Assembly (NCBI RefSeq): GCF_006345805.1
Contig: NC_042997.1
Span: 126,418,001-126,482,000, forward strand
Length of the DNA: 64,000 bases
From: Octopus sinensis
Taxonomy: Eukaryota
Direction of reading: 5' to 3'
This document shows, piece by piece, positions 38,231 to 51,832 of the stretch. The translations under genes were made by a program, and so were the position numbers. The first letter of the stretch is position 1. Each line of letters begins with the position of its first letter. Under the pieces are notes generated by a model. It was not told where the DNA came from, searched no databases, and saw nothing but the letters and a program-made list of their open reading frames with translations.

Positions 38231-40231
38231 GTGGCTGTGTGGTAAGAAGCTTGCATCTCAACCACATAGTTCCAGGTTCTGTCTCACACTGCATGGCACC
38301 TTAGGCAAATGTTTTCTACTATAGTCTCAGGCAGACCAAAGCCTTGTGAGTGGATTCTTAGTTATGACCATAACTAAGCTAGTAGTTAGGTACTACATAA
38401 CTTGTATTTAGGTACTACATAACTTGTAGTTAGGTACTACAAGATCTAGCTCTCTATCAGCCCAGCTAGCTGTAACTTTTCCAGTAGCCAACAAGGGCTG
38501 ACGCTGTATCAGCTCAGTTAATTATAATTCTCACTATATAACAAGAAAAACATCCCCAAATATAACAAATTATGAATTGTTTCACAGCTGGGCCAGTGCT
38601 CTGGTAGTTTAACTGGGTGTGGTTTCCTTTAACAGTACAAGAATTGACTCTACTAGCTTAGCTATGATCATTTCTAGTACTACCATCTCAGCTAGCTGTG
38701 ACCTTTTCAGTAGACAAGGGCTGACTCCATACTAGCTCTGTTAGTTATAATTCTTTCTCCATAACAATACAACAGTAACAGACTATCTACAAGAAATAAA
38801 AGCTGTTAGGCAAATTTAATTATCCAATTATGTCATTATAGGAATATTAAGTGTCCCACAGAGAAATCAGATTCTACAGAGCCAAGGTTTGGGTAGTGGT
38901 GGGTAGTAATGGAAAGGTTGTCAACCTTATCGTCTTTATTAAACAGAGTTGCTAAAGTGGAAAAGCATTTGGCAGGAATAAAACTAATATGCCACACTCC
39001 AGGAATCAGTACTGATTGAGGAATAAAGTTACTGTAATATCTAGAAATTAATGAGAGAGCTGCTTTGAAGAATTATGCCATGCGAGGACAGAATTTCCAT
39101 CATCATCATCATTATCTTCGTCATCGTCGTTGTTGTCGTTGCTGTTGTCATCATCATCATCATAGTTGTTATCATCATCATCATTGGCATTGTTGTTGTC
39201 ATCATTATCATCAACATCATCATCAACTCCATCATCATCGTTGTCATCATCATCATCGTTCTCCTCCTCCTCATTATCATCCTCCTCCTCCTCCTCCTCA
39301 TCATCATCATCATCTCATCATCATCATTATTGTTTTAATGTCCAATTTTCCATGCTTGTGTGATTCGGATGGAGTTTATTGAGGTAGATTTTTTTTATGG
39401 CTGGATGCCTTTCCTGCTACCAACCCTTACCTGTTATATTTCTCCATAGCCAGACATGTTTTGCAGAATATTGGAAATAAATGACATTCATTTCCAACAA
39501 TCCTGCAATGTTGAGACAAGGACACACACATACTGTGTGTATGTGTGTATGACAGGTTGCATCTTTCAGTTTGCATGTATGAAATCCGTTCACATCTCAC
39601 AAGGCTTTCTCCAGTCTGGGGCTACAGTAGAAGACACTTGCTCAAGGTGCTCCACTGTGGAATTGAACCTAAACCCATGTGGCTGGGGAGCAGAGACTTC
39701 TTATCCACACAGCCACACCTGCATCTCTCAGTAAAAATATTGTTCAGTTTTAGTTTTATTTTCACAGATTTAAGTAAGTTATGATATTTCTGTGCTTGAG
39801 AAGACCTGCCCAGCAAATTAAAATCCATGTCCATGATCCCCACCCTGCCTCCACAACCCACCTGTGTTCACCACTACTGTATACCCCCTCCCTTCTATTT
39901 TCTCTCTTGTATCCACCTACCTGCCTGCACACTATAAACCCCTGTTAGATCGCTTCCCTTCCTCCCACCTCTAACTCCTACTCTCCTTTTGAAATCTTGT
40001 GAACTCATCTCCTTACCCACCTTCTTCAATCCCTGGTCCACCCCGCTATATACACCATCCTGTAACTTGGGTTTATGGCCCCTGCCTCCTCTCTGTCACA
40101 TCTTCACCATCTTTCTCTCCTCTCTGTCTTCTCCATCTGAGGTAGCCATACAAGGTGGGGTTCCCAGACTAGTTATGTTTTATAAGAAACAACTTATTTA
40201 CCTAAATTTTAACATCATCTTCTTTGAAATA

Positions 40232-40630
40232 GTCAGTGGCTGTGTGGTAAGTAGCTTGATTACCAACCACATGGTTCCAGGTTCAGTCCCACTGCGTGGT
40301 AACTCGGGCAAGTATCTTCTACCTTAGCCTCGAGCCGACCAAAGCCTTGTGAGTGGATTTGGTAGACGGAAACTGGAAGAAACCCGTCATATATGTATAT
40401 ATATATATATGTGTGTGTGTGTGTATGTATGTGTGTCTGTGTTTGTCCCTCCAACATTGCTTGACAACCGATGCTGGTGTGTTTACATCTCTGTAACTTA
40501 GCGGTTCGGCAAAAGAGATCGATAGAATAAGTACAGGCTTACAAAGAATAAGCTCTGGGGTCGATTTGCTCGACTAAAGGCAGTGCTCCAGCATGACCAC
40601 AGTCAAATGACTGAAACAAATAAAAGAATA
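40232..40630 (+). repeat. Family B SINE, full length
   Basis: Same consensus. Confidence 0.9.
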
Positions 40631-40639
40631 AAAGAATGT

Positions 40640-41422
40640 GCAACACTACACGGGTTCCAGTATTCCTGCCACTTTTGGAATCCAGCCTGGAAGTGCGTTG
40701 AGGACCTTCTGCGATTTGCTCTCGTTCTTGACAGTGGTGTTAAAATGGTGACCTTTGAACTGCATTTTCATCTTGAGGAAGAGATGGAAGCCTGCAGATG
40801 CTAAATCTGGTGAATGAATAGGGTGGGTGTGGAAATGATACCGCATTGTTTTGGTGAGGAACTCATGAGTGAGGAGAGCTTGGTGACAGGGTGCATTGTT
40901 GCCATGAAGAATCTAATTCTTTGTCCTCCATGGATCCGGTTGCTTTTGCTGAATGTCTTCTGTCAAACACTTCAAAATGGTAATAAAACTCTTGGTTGAC
41001 ATTCTGGCCCTGGGGGATAAATTCTTGATGTACAATACCGTGGATGTTAGAAAAAATGTGCAGGGACATTCTTCCCCTTTTGGAGTGTCGATGCCACTCA
41101 AAGCATTGCATATGACCAATTGCATCATTGCTATAAGCTTGCTGCAGCCTGCTCAATGTCTCTGTAGTGCACTTCCCAAGTCTAAGGCAAAATTTCACGT
41201 TGGCTCTGTGTTCCAACTTCCTGTCTATGACAAAGATCGTTGACTACAGCATGCATGTGATCACAAAACACAAATTTCATAACCTGCAAAGTAAACACAG
41301 CGATGTCACTCAGCACACTGCTTCATGAAGGTCACTCCTAGCTCTCACTATGCATGCAACCATGTGCTGCTATCTGTTGGGGCACTACAGAACTAGTCCA
41401 GGAACTTTTTGATACCACCTGT
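40640..41422 (-). mobile_element. Mariner fossil 4
   Basis: MEHRANVKFCLRLGKCTTETLSRLQQAY...FEWH, GIVHQEFIPQGQNVNQEFY, HPIHSPDLA; 5' TIR acaggtggtatcaaaaagttcctggact. Confidence 0.9.
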
Positions 41423-42029
41423 ATCTTTCTTCTTGTGCAAGACAGCTTTCTGTCCCTTAATACAATTCCTTCAGTTGAGAGGGGTCATGTCTTGCAAGTA
41501 ACTTGGTGACCCCCATTTCTGCTGGTGTTACATAAAAAAGCACCCGGTACACCCTGTAAAGTGGTGGTATTAGGAAAGACATCCAGCCATAGAAACTATG
41601 CCAAAACAGACAGCAGAGCCTTGTGCAGTCTTCTAGCTTGCCAGTTCCTGTCAAACCATCTTACCCATGCCAGCATCGAAAACAGATTAATGAATTCTGT
41701 GTTGAAATATAAAGACAGTTTTGGAGAAATCTTGTGTTTAGGGTGCAGGTATGGCTTGGTTGTTTGGTAGTTTGTTTCCAAAACTATTTAATGTTGGATT
41801 TGATTCTATTGTGTCCTATTTGGATAAATATTTTTTTTCTACTGTTGCCAACAACATTGACCAGAGTTTAATCCCACTGCATGGCATTTTGGGCAAGTAT
41901 CTTCTACTATAGCCGTGGGATTTGAGAGTGGCTTTGGTAGACAGAAACAGAAAGAAGCCCATCATATAGATATAGGCCCCTGCTGGCATATGTATATATA
42001 TATGCCAGAGTGAAAGGCAGATTGATGAT

Positions 42030-42909
42030 GCCTGTGTGTGAACAGCAATGCTGCATGGCAGTGAAACATGGGCTATAACAGCCGAGGACATGTGTAGGCT
42101 TAAGAGAAATGAAGCCAGTATGCTTTGCTGGATGTTCAATATCAATGTGCATGTTCAGCAGAGTGTAATCATCTTGAGAGAAAAGTTAGGTATAAGAGGA
42201 ATCAGATGCTGTTTGCAAGAGAGACGAATGCACTGGTATGGTCATGTGATGCATATGGATGAGGACGGCTGTGTAAAGAAGCATTGATCTTTAACTGTGG
42301 AGGGAACTCGTGGCAGAGGTCGACCCAGGAAGAATGGGACATTCCAAAGGTGATGAAGCATGATCTTTGAACTTTGAACCTCACAGAGGCAATGACTAGT
42401 GACTAAGACCTTTGGCAATGTGCTCTGTTTAAGGGGACCCATCAAATGAAGTGCTCTCATGCTGGTGGCATGTAAAAAATCAACTTTTGAATGATGGGTC
42501 TCATGGAGGCAAAGTGGCTGAGTTTCTTTTGAGTTTTGGGCCTCGTGGAGGCAAAGTGGCTGAGTTTCTTTTGAGTTTTGGGCCTCGTGGAGGAAAAGTG
42601 GCTGAGTTCCTTTCGAGTGTTGGGCCTCACGGAGGCAATGACCAAGGTCTATGGCATTATATTGTGCTTGAGAAGACCCATCAAGCTGAGCAAAATCACA
42701 GTCATGACAGATAGCAGTGTCACACAAATGGCACCTGTGCCAGTGGCATATACAAGCACCCGTTACATTTTCGGAGTGGTTGGTGGTAGGAAGGGCATCC
42801 AGCCGTAGAAAACCATACCAAGTCAGACTGGAGTTTAGTGCAGCCTTCCAGCATGCCAGCTGTCTAACATATGCCAGTATGGACAACGGACGTTAAATGA
42901 TGATGATGA

Positions 42910-42913
<4 letters not shown>
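42030..42913 (+). mobile_element. RTE LINE 3' end (ORF end, 3'UTR, (GAT)n tail): source-type copy of repeat family A
   Basis: MLHGSETWAITAEDMCRLKRNEASML..WYGHVMHMDED..GRGRPRKN runs directly into the family A sequence ending gacgttaaatgatgatgat. Confidence 0.88.
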
Positions 42914-42972
<59 letters not shown>

Positions 42973-42974
42973 AT

Positions 42975-43010
<36 letters not shown>

Positions 43011-43354
43011 GTGTGTGTGCATGTCTTTATGTCTGTGTTGTTCCCCCAGCCTGCTGCTTGACAATTGGCCTTGGTGTATTTATGTCCCCATAACTAATTC
43101 TGTAAAAGTGTCTGATACAATAAATATTAGGCTTAAGGCAAAAATAAGTGCTGGTGTCAATTCGTTCAACTAAAATTTCTCAAGGTAGTGCTCCAGCATG
43201 GCCACAATCTAATGACTGAAACAGGTAAAAGATAGCCACAGATCAGTTGAAAGCCTTCTGAATCAAACTTGACCGATGTGTTTGTGGCAGGACTATTCCT
43301 GTTTTTCCAGTTGTTGCTATTGTTATTGTAGTCACCACTGCTGTCTTGGCAGAA

Positions 43355-43735
43355 ATGTTAGCATGCTAGGCAAAATGCATAACAGTATTTTGTTTGCTGT
43401 TACGTTCTGAGTTCAAATTCTGCTGAGGTCACTTTGCCTTTCATCCTTTCAAGGTCAATTAAATAAGTGCCAATTACACACTGGGGTCGATATAATTGAC
43501 TTAATCCATTTGTCTGTCCCTGTTTGTCCTCTCTGTGTGTAACTCCTTGTGGGCAGTAAAGAAATAAATATTTTGTCTGTCTTTATGTTCCGAGTTCAAA
43601 TCTTGCCGAGATCAGTGTTGCCTTTCATCCTTTTGGGGGTTGATAAATTAAATACCAGTTGTGTACTAGGGTCAATCTAAATGACTGGCTCCCTCCCCCA
43701 AAATTTCAGGCTTTGTGCCAAGACTAGAAAAGAAT
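43355..43735 (+). repeat. Two tandem family C SINEs
   Basis: gttctgagttcaaattc..ctttgcctttcatcctt present twice. Confidence 0.82.
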
Positions 43736-44344
43736 TTACTGCCTGGTTTAATACCATCACCACCACCACCATCTGGGTGTTCACTGTTTTCTGTGGAGTC
43801 TTCTCTGTAAATGAGCATTCACAGGTCTGGTCTCCAGCAACCCAGGGTTAACTTCCCCACCGTTTCTGCCAATTGCAGAAGCTTCATACATATCATGGGC
43901 ATTCACTTTGCTTTCCTGATGAAGCCATTAAAAAACAGAAGCAAAAAATGCCAAAAGGAAAAAAAGCCAGAGAAAAAAGCAAATGAAAAACAAAAACGAA
44001 AATTAAATATTCCTCGTTCTAAATGGATATTTGTTAGATTTCTGTTTAAAATTGAATGTGCTTTTGGCTTCAGTTTAGCTTTTAAAAAACTATAACAAAA
44101 AAATCAGAGTTTTCTGAAATTTAATCTCATTTCATGAAATCTTCATTTGGTAAAAACATATTCTATGAAACATTTTTTTAAATTTAGAAATAAAATTCTC
44201 AATCAGGAAATAATAGTTTTTTTAATGTTCAAATGCTTAATGGTATTTTTTAAAATGATTTTTTTTGGATTAAAACTTTCTTTTTGTTTTTGTACTTACT
44301 GACCCACACTAGTTTAGTGTATCAATGTAAGACTGTTGGGGGAT

Positions 44345-44900
44345 GCTGATGATGGTAAGAATAATGGTGGTTATGGATAATGATGATGATGTTGGCAAAG
44401 AGATGGGGTGTTGCATATGGCTATGATGGTGATAATAATGATGATAAAGATGATATTATTGATAATGGTGATGGGAATGATGATGATAATGATGATGGTG
44501 CCGATAAAGATGATGATGTCAACAATGATGTTGGCGACGATGACGATGATGATGATGTCGATATGATGATGACGATGATGATGGTGGTGGAGGTGGTGGT
44601 AGTTTGTTGTTTTTTTGGCAGTGATGGGTGGTGATAATGGGGATGGTGTTGATGTTGGTGACGGATGATTATTGTGATGTCGGTAGAGATGAAAATGGTA
44701 ATGACAGTGATGATGAAGACGATGATAATGATGATGATGATGAGGAGGAGGAGGATTATAATAGTGCTGATACTGATGATGTTGAACATTGTGGTGGTAG
44801 TGGTAATGATAGAAGTGTTGTTGCTGTTGTTGTTGATGTTGGTGGTAGTGTTAGTGGTAGTAATACTGATTGTTGTGATGCTTATTGTGTTGTTGTTTAG
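44345..44900. repeat. Degenerate (GAT/GGT/GTT)n trinucleotide tract
   Basis: Direct inspection. Similar tracts at 39095-39330 and 59400-59700. Confidence 0.9.
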
Positions 44901-46076
44901 CTCTTCCCCCCATCCCCTATGGACGCCTTTGGTTCCTGTTTTACTCAGGTGGACTCTCATAACTATCCAATTATATTTTTATAATTAAACATTATTAGAG
45001 GTGTATGGCTCAGTGGTTAGAGAATCAGGCTCACAATCATGAGGTAGTGAGTTTGATTCCCAGACCAGGCAGTGTGTTGTGTTCTTGAGCAAGACACTTT
45101 ATTTCACATTGTTCCAGTTCACTCAGCTGTAGAAATGAGTCCCAATGTCACTGGTGCCAAGCTGTATCAGCCTTTTTGGCCTTTCACTTGATTAACATCG
45201 GTGGTATTGAGAGTGGGGCATGGTAGGCATGGGCGACTGCTAGTCTTCCATAAAGAGCCTGGCCTGGATTTCTGCCTCAGAAGGTAACGTTCTAGGTGCA
45301 GTCCCATTGACCGAAGAGATCTTTACCCTTTACCTTATGTACATATAATGGTGTAGAGAGGGGAATCTGGTATGCCTGGGTGACTGCTGGTCTTCCACAA
45401 ACAACCTTGCATGGACTTGTGCCTCAGAGGGTAAATTTCTAGGTGCAATCCTATGGTCATTCATGACCAAAGGGGGTCTTTACACTTTATCCATTAGGGG
45501 TTGTATAGAAAATATTTTGTGTATTGCAAAAGTATAAACAGTTTTTTGTACACAAATTTTAGCAACAAACTCTTATATTGACACTCAAGGGTCATATGAA
45601 CCCAGACTGAAGACCACAGCTCTTGGTCAATCCTGACCACATAGATTTATGATGAAAAATACTCCAGCTCTGATCACCTTTTCATTTTCTTGGGATCAAA
45701 GAACGTCTAGGAATATATTATCAAATGTATTCTTCTCCTTTTTAAGATAACGAGGAGTAATTTTAGAAAGATTTGACTGCTATTTCTAGCAGGTAGTGTG
45801 ATCACATACAGGTTTATTCTTTTCTTTGTTTTTGTTGGTGGTGATTTTACTTTGTGTCTTTTGGTTTTAAAATAGATACCACATCCCTCCCTGTGGCAAC
45901 TGGAAAGAATTTTTTAGTAATAGATTTTAAGAATTAAAGACGATCCATGATACTGTCTACAATTCTGCTGCAGTCTTCAAATTCCATTTCTATTAAGACT
46001 GTCTTCTGTATGTGAAGAAAATTAGATAAGTTTATCTGATTGACAAAGCAGATTAAGAAAAGAGAGAGAGAGCGAA

Positions 46077-46118
<42 letters not shown>

Positions 46119-47039
46119 TCTTCTTTTGAAATGATAAATTTAAAGTGTTTAAAATTAAAAATTTTTTGAACATAGAAGCATTGTAACCGAATGTGATCCA
46201 TTTTGTATCATCAAAGAAACCTACTAAGTTGGCTTTTGTATTGGTAAGAGAAATGCAAAGACTTCCACCAAAATTTTGGAAATCTGAACCAGAACTTTTA
46301 TTCTTGAAAGCCACTTAACTAGAGCAGCTATGTACTTGCCATAAATATATTCATTAATTCTCTGAAAAACAAAGGAATATTTTGAATGTCTTTTTAGGTA
46401 ATTAACACAATTTATAATGTCATTGAGTAGTTTCTTAAGCTGACTTCCATTTGTAAAGTTAATCATTTTTTTTTCTCTTAATGCTTCTTCTCTTTGAACA
46501 ATGCAGTGAATTCTGATGCAGACAGGGGAAACATGTTTTTCACATAACACTATACTTAACAGAATACCCACCTCGGCAACTATGCCATCAGTAGTAAGCT
46601 AAATACATTTGTCCCAGGAAATTCTGATTATAAGAAAATCATCATTGTTATTGAAAGAGTGTCTTCAGCGATTTCCTCTGCTATGTCAGTACAACATACT
46701 GTTCAAACTTTTATATCCTGTATGTTGTCAGAGACATCTGGTAAATTCCATAACAAAGAAATTGTGCACAGTTTGTTCTGTTGATGCTTTCAACCATTTA
46801 TAAGCCATAGCATGGTGCATTCTGTTATTTGTGCAAGACTCGGTCTTTTAAATCTTCTGCTTTGTCTTGTGCTGTTTATTATAAAGTAGTGTTGTATGAT
46901 GCTAAATGAATAGAAACATAAGTAAAGAGCTTGGTAATGTATCTCAGGCCAAGAGGCAGAGAGCATGAAGTGTTAATACCAATGTTACTGCTTCAAAACC
47001 AGTTTTAAAATTTTATGATGTTTTTCCTTCCGAATTTTG

Positions 47040-47345
47040 ATAATGAGCTAATTTGCTTGTTGCAAGATCAGTGAGTGAGCAAACTATTGTTATCTCTAGC
47101 AGACGAGTATCCACCACTAAGGATGAGTACAGAGAGCTCAAAACTGTACGGTCTCTTGGTCTCATGGCTGAAAGATGGTAGGAGTTCATTCCCCTGCCAT
47201 CAATATATACCAGGTGCAGATTGCATTGAATAACCAGCTAGAGGAGGCATCCTACTGGGATTAAAATGGTAGTAATGTCCTACTGGGGCCAAAATGGTAG
47301 TAACGCCAGTTCCTATGGGATGGCCATGTTGAAGTGGAAGGTTAT
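47040..47345. repeat. Dispersed repeat, second copy at 49585-49855
   Basis: taatgagctaatttgcttgttgcaagatcagtgagt...ctagcagacgagtatccaccac...gttcattcccctgcc shared by both. Confidence 0.85.
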
Positions 47346-47607
47346 TCACTGAAATATATTGGTTTTAAATTTTGGCACAAGGCCATCAAGCTCAGGGGGA
47401 GGGGTAAGTCAATTACATTGACCTTAGTGTTCAACAGGGACTTATTTTATTGACTCAAAAGGAGGAAAGGCAAAGTGGATCTCGGTGGAATTGGATCTCA
47501 GAATGTAAAGACGGACGAAATGCTGCAAAGCATTCTGCCCAGCATACTAACAGTTCTGCCAGCTCACTGTCTTAATTTACTGAAGTATATTGATATGTAA
47601 AATGAGT

Positions 47608-47804
47608 TACCATATTTGATGGTATATAAGATGCACTTTTTTACAAAACAATCTTTAAAAAAAAGATCAAACTAAGTCCTACATGCAAAGTTGAACCTCC
47701 CACAACCTAATTTTGTCCCCGATGCTCTCTTTTACCTGAATATGTACTGTTGAAATTGGTGTGCATCTTTTATGCTTGTGTGCCTTTTATATCATCAAAT
47801 ACAT
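47608..47804. mobile_element. Short pogo-type MITE
   Basis: taccatatttgatggtatataagatgcac ... gtgccttttatatcatcaaatac. Confidence 0.6.
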
Positions 47805-50077
47805 TTTCACATAATTGATCAATCTGTCAGAGAGAAATAAGAAAATTTTGGTTTTCTGTCATAAAAAGATAAAGTTAGTCTTGATTATTGGCTGAAATAG
47901 GTGAAAATTTGTAGAAAAAACATCTTATTATTGTCTTTGTTCAATGAAAATAAAATTTAAGTGTATAAAAGAAATGAAATAGAGAAAAAGAAAATTAGCA
48001 ACTTACCATATTTTTAAAGTCTGGTATGATTAAAACAACATTTGATTATCAAAAATAGCATGCTGTAAATTAATAACGAAAATTAATATAAATAAACAAA
48101 ATTATGTTATTTCAGTGTTTTTAAATTATTTATGAGCATATCAATATCTTAAATGTTTTATTATTTTATCATGACAGTTAAATTCTTTTCTTTAACCTAA
48201 AATCTCTTGAGAGCAGAAATGGTTCGACATTTAACACAAAATAAATTTTTTTCTAAAAATAGTCTATCTAACATTAAAAATTTTGATAAATCTTATCTGA
48301 TGAATTTTTCTGACAAACTTTCTTAGAACCCTGAACATATTGCTACAAGCCCTCAGGGTTTATATGAACCCAGGTTGGCGATCACTGGCCTAGAGTAGCA
48401 AGAGAAACAAGAGGATAGTTATTATAGTACAACCAGTTTAATTGATATTAGGCCTGTATCAGCTATGAACAGAATAAAACGATAGGAACCAATCAAATTA
48501 GAAATGTTCTGTTTTAGCAAGAAGTAATACAAATAGATCAAATAGTGGAAAATATTTCATTGGTGAGGAAGAAAAGAAATGTAATGTTTCATATATTTCT
48601 CATTCTTTGGACTGAGAGAGAGAAAGATAAGAGATTTAATAAAGGACGAATATCCAAAATGCCAAACTTCTTCCTCGTGGCATAAAACATATTCCATTAT
48701 TTGAGTTATAAACATAGATGTTGCTGTAATCTCTAATCTCAGTGATAAAAGGAGCCTCTGTTTGGATGCTAGGATTACTGGAAATTGTGGACAAATCTCC
48801 CTTAATCCCACTCTACTATCTTAAAATAGGCAGGACATGTTTGACAATACATATACCAGGAAATATGAAGAAAGGTAACAGAATGGTCTGAGTTTTGATT
48901 ATGCATTAGTTAGATGAGAACTGATTTGGGGTAAAAAAAAAACAACCCAAAATAACAAAAAAATACTTATACCAATGTGACAGTAGACACACATATGAAC
49001 CTAACAGTCAGTTATGGCCTGTTTCAAAAATTAGGTGGTCCATCACGGAGATTATATCATAAGCTGTTATTAGTTTATTGCCAATTCAACATGGCTGTTC
49101 CATAGAAACTGACATTACTATCATTTTAACCCCAGGAGGACACCTCCAGCTGGTTGTACGATACCCTCTACATCTGGTTCAATACCATCTACACCAGGCC
49201 CAAAATTTTTGGAGGAGGGGGCCAGTTGATTAGATCAACCCCAGCACAAAACTGGTACTTAATTTATCAACCCTGAAAGGATGAAAGACAAAGTCAACCT
49301 CGGTGGAATTTGAACTTAGAACTTAAAGACAGACAAAATATCGCTAAGTATTTCGCCTGGCATGCTAACATTTCTGCCAGCTTGCCACATTTGTATATAT
49401 AATGTAAGCAGGGGAGTGAACCCCTACCATCTTCCAGTCATGAAACCACCAACCTGTATTGGTTTTGAATGCTTTGTGGTGGATTCTCATCCTCTAGAGA
49501 TAGCAGTAGTTCACTCCAGTTTGCAATATATAGAAAATAAGTAACATCCAGTCATTGATCTTGCAACAAGCAACTTAGAAATTTTCTAATGAGCTAATTT
49601 GCTTGTTGCAAGATCAGTGAGTGGGTGAACTACTGTTATCTCTAGCAGACGAGTATCCACCACCAAGGGTGAGCACAAAGAGCTCAAAACTGTACAGTCT
49701 CTTGGTCTTGTGGCTGGAAGTTGGTAGGAGTTCATTCCCCTGCCTGCAATATATACCAGGTGCAGAGTGCATTGAATAACCAGCTGGAGGAGGCATCCTA
49801 TTGGGGCCAAAATGGTAGTAATGCCAGTTCCTATGGAATGGCCATGTTGAAGTGGCAATAAGAATTACTTTGCAGTATAGTTACTGCTTTCATCTCTTAT
49901 ACAGATTTTCTAACTAGCTATTATTAGTTACTATAAGACAAAAATAATTTTAGATATATTTACATGATTATTCTTGACTGGAGGGTTTTGAAGTTTTGTA
50001 GGAAAAACTTTTTACCTCATAGGATGTCTATACAACTAGTATTAACTCAACTCTAAGAAGGGTTGGAACTGCTTTGT

Positions 50078-50495
50078 CATCATCATCGTTTAACATCTGC
50101 TTTCCATGCTAGCATGGGTTGGATGATTTGACTGAGGACTGGCGAACCAGATGGCTGCAATCTGATCTGGCAGAGTTTCTACAGCTCGATGCCCTTCCTA
50201 ACACCAACCACTCCGAGAGTGTAGTGGGTGCTTTTACGTGCCAACAGCATGAGGGCCAGTCAGGCAGTACTGGCAACTGTCATGGAAAATTTTTTTTTTT
50301 TTACGTGTCACTTGCACACCGGCACAAGTGCCTGTAAGGTGATGCTGATAATGATCACATTCGAATGGTGCTTTTTATATACCACTGGCATGAACGCCAG
50401 TTAGCCGCTCTGGCAACGATCACGCTTGGATGGTGCTCTTAGTGCTCCGCTAGCACGGATGCCAGTAATCGAATTTGATTTCAATTCTGATTTCA
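50078..50495 (-). repeat. Family A copy
   Basis: Same core. Confidence 0.9.
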
Positions 50496-51111
50496 GGTAG
50501 GGAAACTGAGGCAAGCGAGAAATGTGGTACCTGTGGTGTCAAAGTAATAAATAACAAAAAAACCTTTTGCACGAGTCATTGAGAAATCCTCTGTTTAGTC
50601 ACTAGACTTGATATAAATAGCAGTCAAATCTCTTTCATATCACACCTTTAAGATGGAAAAGACACATTAGTAGTCCTCTTAGCTGGTAAAATAGATTGAA
50701 TGGTTGTTATTGGAAAATCATAGATCATTGGTCTGTGTGATCAAAGTAAATATTCCAATATGTCTAGACCCAGCGTTTGAACTCTAGACTAAGAAATCAA
50801 TAGACCAACCTCTTGACGTCATCTCCACTATGTCTCACATATGACAATAAATATGCTGTCTTATCTTGCATTTTATGACAACCACACATATCTGGTCAAG
50901 AAATTAAATAATTCTCTTCACAGTTTAGAAGTTGTGGGTTTGATCTCACCACATGGACTCTTGGATAAGAACAATTAACCACAGCCATGGCTTGATCTAA
51001 GATTTTGTGGGTGACACACAGTGGAAATCTATTGAATAAATTGTACCTAAAATTGAAAGGCCTATTCTAGTATTTGTCATACAGTGTTATACTGATTCTG
51101 TCTTAGGATGG

Positions 51112-51325
51112 GTGTTAGCATGCCGGGCAAAATGCTTAGAGGTATTTCGACTGCTGCTATGTTCTGAGTTCAAATTCCGCCGAGGTCGACTTTGCCTTTC
51201 ATCCTTTCAGGGTCGATTAAATAAGTATCAGTTATGCACTGGGGTCGATATAATCAACTTAATCCGTTTGTCTGTCCTTGTTTGTCCTCTCTGTGTTTAG
51301 CCCCTTGTGGGTAGTAAAGAAATAG
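51112..51325 (+). repeat. Family C SINE
   Basis: Same consensus. Further copies at about 16795-16960, 47385-47572, 49200-49388 and 61715-61910. Confidence 0.88.
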
Positions 51326-51427
51326 ATACATTTTGGGGCAGAAGTTTTGGTACTTTTGCATCACTGATTCAATGCTTACTTATTTGAAATTAGACATTTT
51401 AATACTGTTCTATATTTTACCTGTCCA

Positions 51428-51750
51428 TAGGCATATAGTGTAGTTAAGAGTGTGGGCTATTAACCCCAAGATTCTGAGTTCAATTCCAGGCAATGCCTTG
51501 AAGAAATGATGGTGGTGGTGGTGGTGGTGGTGGTGGCGGTGGCGGCGGCGGCGGCGGCGGTGGTGGTGGTGGTGGTGGTGGTGGTAATAAAGATTACCTT
51601 AGGAATGAGAACCCTTCATCAGGTGGCCTGGTGGAATTTTGAACTCAGTTCAAAATTCCACCAGGCCACCTGATGAAGACCGAAACATTATGGTAACAAC
51701 AAACAAGATGAGGACACATATCTGTCCAATGTAAATAATGTAAATAAGAC
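51428..51750 (+). mobile_element. Family F SINE copy: tRNA-like head, (GGT/GGC)n, tail with rearranged hammerhead
   Basis: ggcatatagtgtagttaagagtgtgggctattaaccccaagattctgagttcaattccagg head; tail taccttaggaatgagaacc...cctgatgaagaccgaaac...tgtaaataatgtaaat. Confidence 0.82.
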
Positions 51751-51785
51751 AGTTTAATGTTTCCCCTGTTCTCTCCCTTCTAACT

Positions 51786-51832
<47 letters not shown>

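Noticed and set aside
42500-42640. CRISPR-like array (42-bp units)
   Set aside because: Contiguous tandem units with no unique spacers, inside a eukaryotic LINE UTR.
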